This document shows positions 20,257-29,583 of a DNA stretch of 64,000 nt, piece by piece (within the stretch, counting starts at the first letter, position 1; each line of letters starts with the position of its first letter). The notes below the pieces were generated by a model. It did no database searches, was not told where the DNA came from, and was given only the letters and a program-made list of their open reading frames with translations. Both the position numbers and the translations under genes were made by a program. The stretch lies in contig SUXZ01000010.1 of the NCBI GenBank assembly GCA_015060685.1, forward strand, positions 6,514 to 70,513. The letters are read 5' to 3'. The DNA comes from Mediterranea massiliensis. GTDB lineage: Bacteria; Bacteroidota; Bacteroidia; Bacteroidales; Bacteroidaceae.

Positions 20257-21675
20257 TTATCGTTTCCGGCCGCCGTTGTGGGTGAAGATGGTGGGTTTGA
20301 TTTTTTCCTGGCGTTCGTAGGCGAGACGCGAGGGGGTTGGGTATTCCAGCTTTTCCAACTCGGCGATGGCGGCGCGGATGTCGCTCAAGAGCATGTCGGC
20401 CATGTCGCGGCTAAAGCCTTGGCGCACCACGATGCGCATCACTACGCGGTCTTCGATGTCCTTGGGCATGGTGTAGGCGGGCACCATCCATCCGCTTTGC
20501 TTCAGGCGGTCTTGCAGGTCGAAGAGTGTCCACTTGGCCGTCTTGGAGTAGGTGGAGCACATCATCCAGATGAAGAGCGGATTCACCACCTCCTTGCCGT
20601 AGTTGGCAAAGGGCTTCATCTTGCCTATCTCTTCGTGCAGGTAGCGGGCTATGGCCATGGAGTTCTCCTGTATCTGCTTGTAGCCTTCGTAGCCCAAACG
20701 GATGAACTGGTAGTACTGGCCAAGCACTTGTGCGCCGGGGCGCGAGAAGTTGAGGCCCACTTGGGTGATGTCGGCGCCGAGGTAGTTGACCGAGAAGGAC
20801 ATCTTGCCGGGCAGGTATTTCTTGTCTTTCCAAACCACCCACCCCAAGCCGGGATAGACAAGGCCGTACTTATGGCCGGAGGTGCTGATGGAGAGTACCC
20901 ACTTGAGGCGGAAGTCCCACTTCTTGTCGGGGTTGATGAAGGGGAGGATGAATCCGCCCGAGGCGGCATCGACGTGGATGGGGATGTTGTGGCCGGTGCG
21001 CGCGTTGTAGGCATCGAGGGCGGCATCGAGGGCTTCGACATCGTCGTTGAGGCCTGTCCATGTGACGCCTTGGATGGGCACTACGCAGATGGTGTTCTCG
21101 TCGCACAAGTCAATCACGGCCTGGGGGTCGAGGGTGATTTTGTCGAGGGTGAGGGGCACGGTGCGCATCTCGATTTGCCATAGGTCGGCAAACTTCTCCC
21201 ACACTACCTGATAGCCGGTGGAGATGATGAAGTTGGGCTTGTCGGTGGGCTTGCCTTCTGCCTCACGACGCTCTTTCCAACGAAGCCAGGCGGCTACTCC
21301 GCCCAACATACATGCCTCCGACGAGCCGATGGCCAGGGCGCCGGTCTTCCACTTGCCCTCTTCGGGCGAATTCCAAAGGTTGGCCATGATGTTGATGCAC
21401 TTGGCACACATCACCGCCACGCGCGGATACTCCGTTTCGTCGATGTAGTTGATGGCGATGGCTTCGTTCATCAGCTGGGTGGCATACTTGTCCATGTAGG
21501 TGGTAACGAAGGTGGCCATGTTGAGGCGCGGCTGGGTTTGCGCAAAGGTTTCGTCCTTCACCAGCTGATAAGCTATGTCGGGGCGTGTGCCTTTGGCGGG
21601 AATCTTGTCCACGGGGGCGGGTTGTAGCATCTCTTTTGAGCCGAAGATGTCGGCATTGAAATTTGATTTTTCCAT
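20257..21675 (-). CDS. gadB: Glutamate decarboxylase (PLP-dependent)
   Basis: NMATFVTT, HVDAASGG and SGHKYGLVYPG (PLP lysine). Confidence 0.95.
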   Translation of the reverse strand: MEKSNFNADIFGSKEMLQPAPVDKIPAKGTRPDIAYQLVKDETFAQTQPRLNMATFVTTYMDKYATQLMNEAIAINYIDETEYPRVAVMCAKCINIMANLWNSPEEGKWKTGALAIGSSEACMLGGVAAWLRWKERREAEGKPTDKPNFIISTGYQVVWEKFADLWQIEMRTVPLTLDKITLDPQAVIDLCDENTICVVPIQGVTWTGLNDDVEALDAALDAYNARTGHNIPIHVDAASGGFILPFINPDKKWDFRLKWVLSISTSGHKYGLVYPGLGWVVWKDKKYLPGKMSFSVNYLGADITQVGLNFSRPGAQVLGQYYQFIRLGYEGYKQIQENSMAIARYLHEEIGKMKPFANYGKEVVNPLFIWMMCSTYSKTAKWTLFDLQDRLKQSGWMVPAYTMPKDIEDRVVMRIVVRQGFSRDMADMLLSDIRAAIAELEKLEYPTPSRLAYERQEKIKPTIFTHNGGRKR

Positions 21676-21694
21676 ACTTGTTTGGGTTTTAGGA

Positions 21695-22972
21695 TTAAAA
21701 ATTATATTGTATCATCGCATTGATTCGATGCGCTTTTCCTTCTGTGCGGTCGTAGTTGTGCCGGCTACCGTAGAGGTATTCTACGCCCAGCTGACAATTG
21801 CTGAAAGGGGTGTAGAAGGCATTTACCACCATGTATTGGGCGTATTTGTAGCCGTCGGGCCGATAGGCTCCTTCGTTGTACAGACGGCATTGGCTGGCCG
21901 AAGTGGATAGGAACAGCTTGTTGCTGATGTTGTATTGCAAGCCGCCCACAAAGCCGAGGGCGTAGGGGGCGCTCATCTCTCCGCCTTCGGGCTTGGCCAC
22001 CAGGTCGTAGCCAAAGCCGCCCAGGTCGTTCATGTAGTCGGCATAGCCGCATCCGTAGGCGGCCTGATAGTAGAAGGTGAGTTGCGGGATGATTTCCACC
22101 ATGCCGCTCAGCTGGCTTGCCCACCCGATGGCATACTTGTTTTCGGCGCTGACCAGGTTGCGGTAGGAGAGGGCGCGCAGGAGGCCCGACAAGCGGATGT
22201 GGCTCTCTCCGCCACCCCATTCGTATTGCACGTAGGCGGGTATGTCGGGGATGCGTTGCCTGATGGCTTCCGATTCTCCGGCGCGTGTGGTGTAGCTGGC
22301 GGATGGTGCCTCGATGGCGGCGGCAAAGCTCCAATGCTTGTCTAATCGGTGGCTATATTGTATCTGCATGTTGCGTGCAAACACCGCGCCCGAAGGCCCT
22401 TCGAAATCGACGGTTGGAGGGGCGGAGGCGGGGTCGCAGAAGGTACTCCATGCCTTGCCTATGCGCAATCCGCCCATCGAGATGTAGGCTTGCCTTAAAC
22501 GCATGGCGTAGCTGCCCGTATCGCCTCCACGGAAGTCGCTTTCAAGATAGACGGTAAAGTCGCCTACGGGTGTGCGCTTGCCCACCAGCTTCAGGAAGAT
22601 GCGCGAGGTGGAGGCGTCCATCTGAAACTGGCTACGCATGTCGGGTCGATTGGGGGTAGGGATGTCGGCGGTAACAAAATCGGGGTTGTCGGCTATGCCG
22701 CCCATATCTACCGACAGGGTGCCCTTCATGTAGCCGCCGATGCCTAAGGCTACACGCCCTTTCCTATCTAAGAAGAGGAAGCGGGGTGCGCGGGGGTCTT
22801 GAAAATGTAGGCCGTTGGCTTCGTAGATGGCCTTGATGGTTTCGTTGTCCGAGTGGCGCGATTCGTCGGTGATGATTACCGATGTGAAGAGGGTGTCGCT
22901 CACCACCTCTTGTGCGTGCATAGCACCTCCTGCGCCGATAAAACAGAATGCAATGAATAGTTTCTTGTTCAT
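21695..22972 (-). CDS. DcaP-like trimeric outer-membrane porin
   Basis: Signal peptide, YLESDF, MRLRQAY, GKAWSTF and C-terminal IQYNF. Confidence 0.75.
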   Translation of the reverse strand: MNKKLFIAFCFIGAGGAMHAQEVVSDTLFTSVIITDESRHSDNETIKAIYEANGLHFQDPRAPRFLFLDRKGRVALGIGGYMKGTLSVDMGGIADNPDFVTADIPTPNRPDMRSQFQMDASTSRIFLKLVGKRTPVGDFTVYLESDFRGGDTGSYAMRLRQAYISMGGLRIGKAWSTFCDPASAPPTVDFEGPSGAVFARNMQIQYSHRLDKHWSFAAAIEAPSASYTTRAGESEAIRQRIPDIPAYVQYEWGGGESHIRLSGLLRALSYRNLVSAENKYAIGWASQLSGMVEIIPQLTFYYQAAYGCGYADYMNDLGGFGYDLVAKPEGGEMSAPYALGFVGGLQYNISNKLFLSTSASQCRLYNEGAYRPDGYKYAQYMVVNAFYTPFSNCQLGVEYLYGSRHNYDRTEGKAHRINAMIQYNF

Positions 22973-23091
22973 AATTCGTTGTTTAATTTGTCCAATTATG
23001 CTTCCCCAAACAAACGGGGGGTGGAGAATGTTCGCAAAAACATTTTACCGATGCCTGTTGTTATAGGGCAAAACATAAAAACAACTGTGTT

Positions 23092-24546
23092 ATGGCAAAT
23101 CTGAGTAAATCAACCAAATTGAGTGTAGCTACACTCGCAATTATGAATGTAACGGCCGTGGTTTCGCTTCGCGGGCTACCGGCCGAGGCCGAATACGGAC
23201 TAAGTTCGGCTTTCTATTATCTGTTTGCGGCATTGGTGTTCCTGATACCTACGGCGCTTGTTGCCGCCGAGCTTGCGGCGATGTTTGCCGACAAGCAAGG
23301 GGGTGTGTTCCGTTGGGTGGGCGAGGCCTTCGGTAAGCGGATGGGCTTTGTCGCCATCTGGCTTCAATGGGTGGAGAGCACCATCTGGTATCCTACGGTG
23401 CTTACCTTCGGTGCGGTGTCGCTTGCCTTTATCGGCATGAACCATGCCTACGACATGTCGCTCGCCTCCAACCGCCTCTATACGTTGGCGGTGGTGCTGA
23501 TTATCTATTGGCTGGCCACGTTCATCTCCCTGAAGGGTATGTCGTGGGTAGGCAAGGTGTCGAAGATTGGCGGCTTGGTGGGTACCATCATCCCGGCCGG
23601 CTTGTTGGTGGTGCTGGCCATTGTCTATCTGATTGGTGGCGGCCACTCGCAACTCGATTTCTCGGGTAGTTTCTTCCCCGACTTGAGCAACTTCGACAAC
23701 CTGGTACTGGCATCGAGCATCTTCCTCTTCTATGCCGGTATGGAGATGGGCGGCATCCATGTGAAGGATGTGGACAACCCCTCGCGCAACTATCCGAAAG
23801 CGGTGTTTATCGGCTCGTTCATCACCGTGCTGATATTCGTGTTGGGCACCTTCTCGCTGGGCATCATCATCCCCAAAAGCGAGATTAACCTGACGCAAAG
23901 CCTCTTGGTGGGATTCGACCGCTACTTTGACTTTATCCGTGCTTCGTGGCTTTCGCCCATCATTGCCATCGCCTTGGCTTTCGGTGTGCTGGCCGGTGTG
24001 CTGACGTGGGTGGCCGGCCCGTCGAAGGGTATCTTTGCCGTGGGGCGTGCAGGCTACTTGCCGCCCTTCTTCCAAAAGACGAATAAGATTGGTGTGCAAC
24101 GCAACATCCTCCTGATTCAAGGCGGCATCGTGACGTTACTCGGCTTGCTCTTCGTGGTGATGCCCTCGGTGCAAAGTTTCTATCAGATACTTTCGCAACT
24201 CACCGTGTTGCTATACCTCATCATGTATCTGATGATGTTTGCGGCGGCCATCTACTTGCGCTACAACATGAAGGGTGCCAACCGTCCTTTCCGCATCGGA
24301 GGCAAAGGAAACGGCCTGATGTGGCTGATAGCCGGTGTGGGCTTCCTCGGCTCGTTGCTGGCGTTCATCCTCAGCTTTATCCCGCCCGGACAGATTGCGG
24401 TGGGTAGCAACGCCATGTGGTACTCGGTGCTAGTCATCGGATGTATTATCGTGGTGGCCGCCCCGCTCATCATCTACGCCATGCGCAAGCCTTCGTGGAA
24501 GGATAAATCGGCCAATTTCGAACCCTTCCATTGGGAGGAGAAGTAA
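23092..24546 (+). CDS. gadC: Glutamate:GABA antiporter (APC family)
   Basis: VVSLRGLP and AGMEMG motifs, 12 TM-like segments, and adjacency to gadB. Confidence 0.88.
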   Translation: MANLSKSTKLSVATLAIMNVTAVVSLRGLPAEAEYGLSSAFYYLFAALVFLIPTALVAAELAAMFADKQGGVFRWVGEAFGKRMGFVAIWLQWVESTIWYPTVLTFGAVSLAFIGMNHAYDMSLASNRLYTLAVVLIIYWLATFISLKGMSWVGKVSKIGGLVGTIIPAGLLVVLAIVYLIGGGHSQLDFSGSFFPDLSNFDNLVLASSIFLFYAGMEMGGIHVKDVDNPSRNYPKAVFIGSFITVLIFVLGTFSLGIIIPKSEINLTQSLLVGFDRYFDFIRASWLSPIIAIALAFGVLAGVLTWVAGPSKGIFAVGRAGYLPPFFQKTNKIGVQRNILLIQGGIVTLLGLLFVVMPSVQSFYQILSQLTVLLYLIMYLMMFAAAIYLRYNMKGANRPFRIGGKGNGLMWLIAGVGFLGSLLAFILSFIPPGQIAVGSNAMWYSVLVIGCIIVVAAPLIIYAMRKPSWKDKSANFEPFHWEEK

Positions 24547-24549
24547 AAG

Positions 24550-24592
24550 AAGGGGGTGCGCCAAAAAAAGTAATCTTTTGGCGCATCCCCTT
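24550..24592 (+). terminator. Terminator after gadC
   Basis: AAGGGGGTGCGCCAAAA / TTTTGGCGCATCCCCTT inverted repeat. Confidence 0.7.
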
Positions 24593-24604
24593 TAGGTTTG
24601 TAAG

Positions 24605-24704
24605 AATGTGCAAGATGCAAGGCGCTGAAATTTAAGTCGAAAGGAGTGTACTAAGGTACATGACTGAGACTTAATATTGAAAATAACGAAGCAGATTGTG
24701 CATT
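24605..24704. repeat. About 100-bp nested imperfect palindrome
   Basis: AATGTGCAAGATGC/GCAGATTGTGCATT ends, TTAAGTC/GACTTAA inner arms and a central TGTAC-TAAG-GTACA. Confidence 0.5.
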
Positions 24705-24725
24705 ATGACACACCGCCTTTTATTG

Positions 24726-25511
24726 TTAAAATAGGAATGGGAAGGTTATGCTTTGTTTCCTTTTCTCCTCTATCTCCCGTTGCATCCGTTCGATGGCCGT
24801 TTGGAAGAAGAAGGCGATGAGGTGCTCGTCGGTGCGTTCCGTTCGGATGTAGCGCAGGGCATTGATGTATTCATCCTTTTTCTCTTTGGTAATGATGATA
24901 ATCGGATGACCGGCTTTGTGTAAGATGAAATTGGAAAATAACCTACCTATTCGTCCATTACCATCGCGGAAAGGATGAAGATATTCGTAAAAGCCGTGGA
25001 AGCGCGCAGATAGAATCACGGGGTGAATCTTTCCTTCCTCCATGGCTTGTTGGGTGGATGATAGTAGTTGCGGCACTCTTCCTATCAGTTGCTCGTGTTC
25101 GCCGAAGATGGTATCGCCGGCACACATGTCTGTGGTGGTGTATTCTCCGGCTTTGGCATCGGGATAGCGATAGGATAGGGTATGCTCCATCAAGATGCGG
25201 TGTGTCTCCTTCAACAGCTCTTCGCTCAAAGGTGCCTCCGGTTGGTTAAGGAGGTATTCGTATGCGCGGAAGTGGTCGAGCATTTCGAAGGCTTCGAACA
25301 ATGTCTTGCCTTGCGGAATCACATTCAATCCCTTCTCCTTCAATTCGCGCGTGTCGTTCACGGAAAAAGAGTTGCCTTCGATGGCGCAACTATGAGCCGA
25401 AAAGAGAATCTCGTTGTATTCCCTTAAGTCGGCTAAAGCCATTCGGTCGGTCACCTTCTGTCGGTAGGCTTTCAGCACCTCTTCGTATGCTTTGATTTCT
25501 TTTTCGAACAT
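24726..25511 (-). CDS. Fic family protein (class II, N-terminal inhibitory motif)
   Basis: HPFRDGNGRIGR catalytic motif and SCAIEG inhibitory motif. The ATG at 25511 is preferred. Confidence 0.9.
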   Translation of the reverse strand: MFEKEIKAYEEVLKAYRQKVTDRMALADLREYNEILFSAHSCAIEGNSFSVNDTRELKEKGLNVIPQGKTLFEAFEMLDHFRAYEYLLNQPEAPLSEELLKETHRILMEHTLSYRYPDAKAGEYTTTDMCAGDTIFGEHEQLIGRVPQLLSSTQQAMEEGKIHPVILSARFHGFYEYLHPFRDGNGRIGRLFSNFILHKAGHPIIIITKEKKDEYINALRYIRTERTDEHLIAFFFQTAIERMQREIEEKRKQSITFPFLF

Positions 25512-25689
25512 AAACAACTCGTTTTGAGCGTACAAACTTACGTATTTAACTCCAAATCACCAAAAATGTTGGTTTGTTTTCAAATATTATTCTTCCCCTT
25601 TCCATCGGTTCTATAAAAGAATAGTATAAATGTTTGCAAATTGCATCTAAATTTATCCTTCTTCCAATATGAGTGTATTACAGAGCCAC

Positions 25690-25945
25690 AATCAGTCATA
25701 TACAGAGATAGGCTCAGTATATCATCGAGCCTATCTCTGTCATATACTGATTATACCCCCGCTCAGAAGCTATTCTGAGCTGGGGTAGTGCATATAGGAA
25801 TATTGCGTACATTATTCTTTACAACACAAACCGCACCGCGATAACTATATATCCCCCTCTTCTGAACTATTTGTTCTTCACGCCTGAAGTGTTTGTTCCT
25901 TGCGTCCAAAGTATTTGTTGTTCAGAAGAGGGGTATATATGTTAT
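25690..25945. other. Cluster of three long inverted repeats in non-coding DNA
   Basis: ACAGAGATAGGCTC/GAGCCTATCTCTGT, GCTCAGAA/TTCTGAGC with an outer TACCCC/GGGGTA, and CCCCTCTTCTGAAC/GTTCAGAAGAGGGG. Confidence 0.7.
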
Positions 25946-26174
25946 TAGTAGTGAATTGTTAGTTGAATTAATTCGACACAGTCATGCGGCTAAGTTTTGT
26001 ATCACACTTTGTTATTTGAATAAACAAATTCCTTTCCATAAATATTTTATTATAGTTGTTTACTATACTTTACTTTACTATTTATCATTATGATGTTTGG
26101 ATGGAAAATGTATTCTTTTTCTTTCTTGGATAAAATTTAAATATTATTTTTGCAAAATAAACTGTGCTAAATTA

Positions 26175-27079
26175 ATGAGTAAGGTCGTAAAAATACCAGA
26201 AGTAAAGGAAGATGTCCGAATTGGGAGTGCTTTCAATTTTTTTGTTTCAAGTTATTCGAGAAACGGAAATTTCGGAAGGTAATGTTGTTGTGTGGGACTT
26301 TCAAAACAGGACATTCTTTCATCCGTTTTTTATCGCTCCTTTGTCTATTTACAAGCAAATGAATGGGAAAACGGTAATTTACAAAATATATCGGATACTT
26401 GCAAATCATATTTTGAAAAAGTGTCGTTTGATAATATGATGTATATAGATAGGGATACGGATTTGAAAGATGCTTTGCAGGGATTTGATGATAAGACATA
26501 TAGTCCGATTTGTTGTTTTGATATGTGTGGTGAACATGTGGATTCGTTGCAGACGGTTCTTCAGAATATCATAGAGAAACAAAGTAAGATGGATAAGAAA
26601 TTGAAGGCTCCTCTTTCTTATTTCTTAGGAGAATTGATTTGTAATATCAGTCAACATGCAAATAGCGAAGTCGGATATGTGTTCTCGCAGTATTTGCCAA
26701 AAGAGAAAGCTATAACTTTGTGTATTGCCGACCGAGGAATAACCATTTATGGTAGTTATTTGAGAACTCAGAAGTATTGGATGAAATAGGAGACGATGAA
26801 GCTGTAGCTTTAAAGAAAGCCAATGAAGGTTATTCTACCAAGAATTTGCCAAACCCAGAAGATAGAGGATATGGTATTTCTTCAACAAAGGATATGCTTG
26901 TTAATGGACTTGGTGGAGCATTCTTTATGTTTTCGGGAGGTGCTTTTCATCGACATAGTCGTGAGTATTGTGACTTTACGAACTTGCCGAAAGCTTTTAA
27001 TTGGCCAGGAACTATCATCTTGATGAGGATACCGATTGAAGTGGAAGAAGGATTTGATTATAACAATTATATACAATAA
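26175..27079 (+). pseudogene. GHKL/HATPase_c ATP-binding protein split by three frameshifts
   Basis: Segments in alternating frames join into one roughly 300-aa protein with ELICNISQH (N box), CIADRGITI (G1) and RGYGISS (G2). Confidence 0.75.
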
Positions 27080-27081
27080 AA

Positions 27082-27435
27082 ATGGGAATTATGAGTAGAG
27101 TACTGAGAATTGCTGATATTATCAGCACAGACGTTCGTTCCCGTTCAAGAGCTGATATTATTAGGAACGAATTGGAAGAAAACCGTAATAATCTTATTTT
27201 GGATTTTACGGATGTAGTCTTTATGTCACGTTCATTTACAGATGAACTATATGCTATAAAGAGCGATTATCCGGATTTGGATATTCAGTTGATAGGTATG
27301 ACGGGGGTTGTTAAAGCCATGTCGGATGCGGTTAGTGCTTCGAGAGGTAAGAAGCGGATTCGGAAAGAGCAGGATGCAGTAATTAAAGAATGTAAGGATG
27401 AAGCAAGTTTGATGGAGTATTTCCTTGCGTTTTAA
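27082..27435 (+). CDS. STAS-like (DUF4325-type) domain protein
   Basis: LILDFTDVVFMSRSFTDEL STAS-like motif, 2 bp after the ATPase stop. Confidence 0.75.
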   Translation: MGIMSRVLRIADIISTDVRSRSRADIIRNELEENRNNLILDFTDVVFMSRSFTDELYAIKSDYPDLDIQLIGMTGVVKAMSDAVSASRGKKRIRKEQDAVIKECKDEASLMEYFLAF

Positions 27436-27543
27436 AATAAATTTAAGGTTGGCTAGTTTGGTCAGCCTTTTTTATGCTAATACCTTTAAACATTTTTATG
27501 GAGATTTGTGTTATGTATGTAAACTATTTACAAAACATAACAA

Positions 27544-27966
27544 ATGATAGAAAAAGATATTGCTAAGATTTCTTTGAAGGCATTGAAAGTTTTCATTAAA
27601 ACTTATCAAGCAAAATCCCCAGTAATGCTCGAATTGAAAGGGGATTTGGAAAGGGTTGTTTTTGCTCTTCAACGTGGAGATAGTAACAGTCTTATAGACA
27701 GTAACAGTTATATAGCTGGTAAATATATAATCCCTCCTCAATTGGTTTTTAAATATAAATTGAGGCGAACAACAGAAGGCGAATTAGTTTCATCTGGCTT
27801 GATTGGTCAGAAGATGGCATTGTATCAGATAGGTCATCTTTTGAAAGATGCGTTAGAATATGAAACAGTACTAACAAAAGTTTCCACAGCTTTGAATGAA
27901 ACAGCAAAAGAAGTTGCGGCTTATGGTATTGAGAAATTGATGGAAAATGAAAAGGCTACCCGATAA
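27544..27966 (+). CDS. Hypothetical protein
   Basis: 140-aa ORF in AT-rich DNA, followed by the hairpin AAGGCTACC/GGATAGCCTT. Confidence 0.65.
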   Translation: MIEKDIAKISLKALKVFIKTYQAKSPVMLELKGDLERVVFALQRGDSNSLIDSNSYIAGKYIIPPQLVFKYKLRRTTEGELVSSGLIGQKMALYQIGHLLKDALEYETVLTKVSTALNETAKEVAAYGIEKLMENEKATR

Positions 27967-28111
27967 TTGGATAGCCTTTCAATATGCCAGTTTCCTTGTT
28001 CTTTTTTACATTTCGTTTAATTTGTTCATAGATACAATGTTGTTAAAGTCTTTTTGTTTGCTGTACAGTCAAAAAGTGGTGTCCTAAGTTCGTCGTATTT
28101 CAGTTGGCTTT

Positions 28112-28208
28112 AGAAACAGCGTTTCTGATTACTTTTTGTTTGTTGGGGGATTGGAAACGATGTTTCTTGCTTCCTGTTGGAAGTTTTGGGAAAAGAAACA
28201 CGGTTTCT
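28112..28208. repeat. Three GAAAC-N3-GTTTC palindromes at exact 41-bp spacing
   Basis: GAAAC starts at 28113, 28154 and 28195. Confidence 0.65.
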
Positions 28209-28444
28209 GAAAATATAGTGCATTAGAAATAGACGGATAAACGAAAATTAACTACCTTTGTACCGATAATCAGAATATTAACATCAAAAATGGATATGCC
28301 AATGGAATAAACAGAAGAAAGAACGCTTAGGGAAAGCAGTTGTACAAGGTGCAAAGTTTCCCGTCCAAAAGTTAAGTAACAAAATTATTAATCACGGAAA
28401 AGCGTTCCGTTCGTACTTGAAAATATAGATTTGAGCTTTTAGCT

Positions 28445-28586
28445 CTTGTTCTCATCTACGTTGAATACCGCCAATATTCGTCACACGAGAACAAGCGTTT
28501 GAAGGTTCACGTTCCGTATAGGGCGTGAACCATTCGTGCTTGTATGTGTGACAGGTCACTTGGCGGTAACCTAACGTAGAAACAAG
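28445..28586 (+). ncRNA. Putative structured RNA / leader (nested long hairpin with an alternative pairing)
   Basis: Five nested complementary pairs plus CTTGTTCTC/GAGAACAAG alternative pairing. The family is not identified. Confidence 0.5.
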
Positions 28587-28631
28587 TTTCGGATGGTAGC
28601 ACGCCTTTTCCTTTTAATAAGAAATGAATTT

Positions 28632-29534
28632 ATGAAATACGTAAATAGGCTTATTGCTTTAATATTATTAATTCCTTTATTTTTGTTCTCAGCTTGTGGT
28701 GGAACAGATGATTTGCCTATGAATGGGGAAGAAAACAATGAAATTCAAGAGGAAAACTCTGTTGAAGAGGATTTGAAAAGAATTAAATCAGAACTTTGCT
28801 TTGGAGGTAAATTCGTAGAAAGAAAGTATGAAGATTTTAATAGTATGAATCATGGGTATAGTGCTGTTATTGAGCAAAAAGATTATTTTTTTAAAACTGA
28901 TGGTACAGGGTTGGTAAAAACATTTGTATTGAATACAACTACAGATAAAGGTTATACGGAGCAATCCAGTCAGTTTACATGGACTTTGTCTGAAACTAGA
29001 CCTTTTACCTTAAAATTGAAAGAAGAAAATATGGCGTCATATGTACTTGAAGAGGTAAAAGTGATGGATGGTGTGTTAAGTTTTAAAAATGGGGATTGGC
29101 AGCAAGAAATTGATTTGTATGAAGGTTTTTGTAAGAGTGATATAATTAATTATTCTGTAGATGAGTTGCAAGCATGGCATAAATATGATGGGGAATCTAT
29201 AGTTTGGATAACTCCTACAATCTTGACTGTGAATACGAAAAAAGGTATTATGAGATTTATTCGTTCGCATAAAGGATATGCAAGTTTAGGATATATACAA
29301 CCATCTTACTCAAAAGATGGTGGATCATGGCAATATTTTGATTCTCAAATTTATTTTAGAGTGTATTCTAAATTAAACAATTTTTATGACATAATTATAG
29401 ATAAGGACAAAAATAGCTTTGAAGAGAATTATTACAATAATGCTAAAATGTATTATTTTCATATTGGAAATATTTCTTCGAAATTTGAACTTTCTATAAT
29501 TGATAATGATAAAGAATATAATATAGAAAATTAA
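28632..29534 (+). CDS. Orphan surface lipoprotein
   Basis: MKYVNRL...LFSAC lipobox followed by an acidic export signal (GGTDD). Confidence 0.8.
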   Translation: MKYVNRLIALILLIPLFLFSACGGTDDLPMNGEENNEIQEENSVEEDLKRIKSELCFGGKFVERKYEDFNSMNHGYSAVIEQKDYFFKTDGTGLVKTFVLNTTTDKGYTEQSSQFTWTLSETRPFTLKLKEENMASYVLEEVKVMDGVLSFKNGDWQQEIDLYEGFCKSDIINYSVDELQAWHKYDGESIVWITPTILTVNTKKGIMRFIRSHKGYASLGYIQPSYSKDGGSWQYFDSQIYFRVYSKLNNFYDIIIDKDKNSFEENYYNNAKMYYFHIGNISSKFELSIIDNDKEYNIEN

Positions 29535-29583
29535 TAAATTAGAATTCGATTGCATTTGCAAGTTGAATTCGCCAAATGAAATT

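Noticed and set aside
25750-25790. Possible tRNA or att site
   Set aside because: It is a single hairpin with no cloverleaf, TTC arm or CCA end. I saw no tRNA anywhere in the window.
26212-27079. Three independent small genes as listed in the ORF track
   Set aside because: Their translations join into one GHKL ATPase, so they are reported as a single frameshifted gene.
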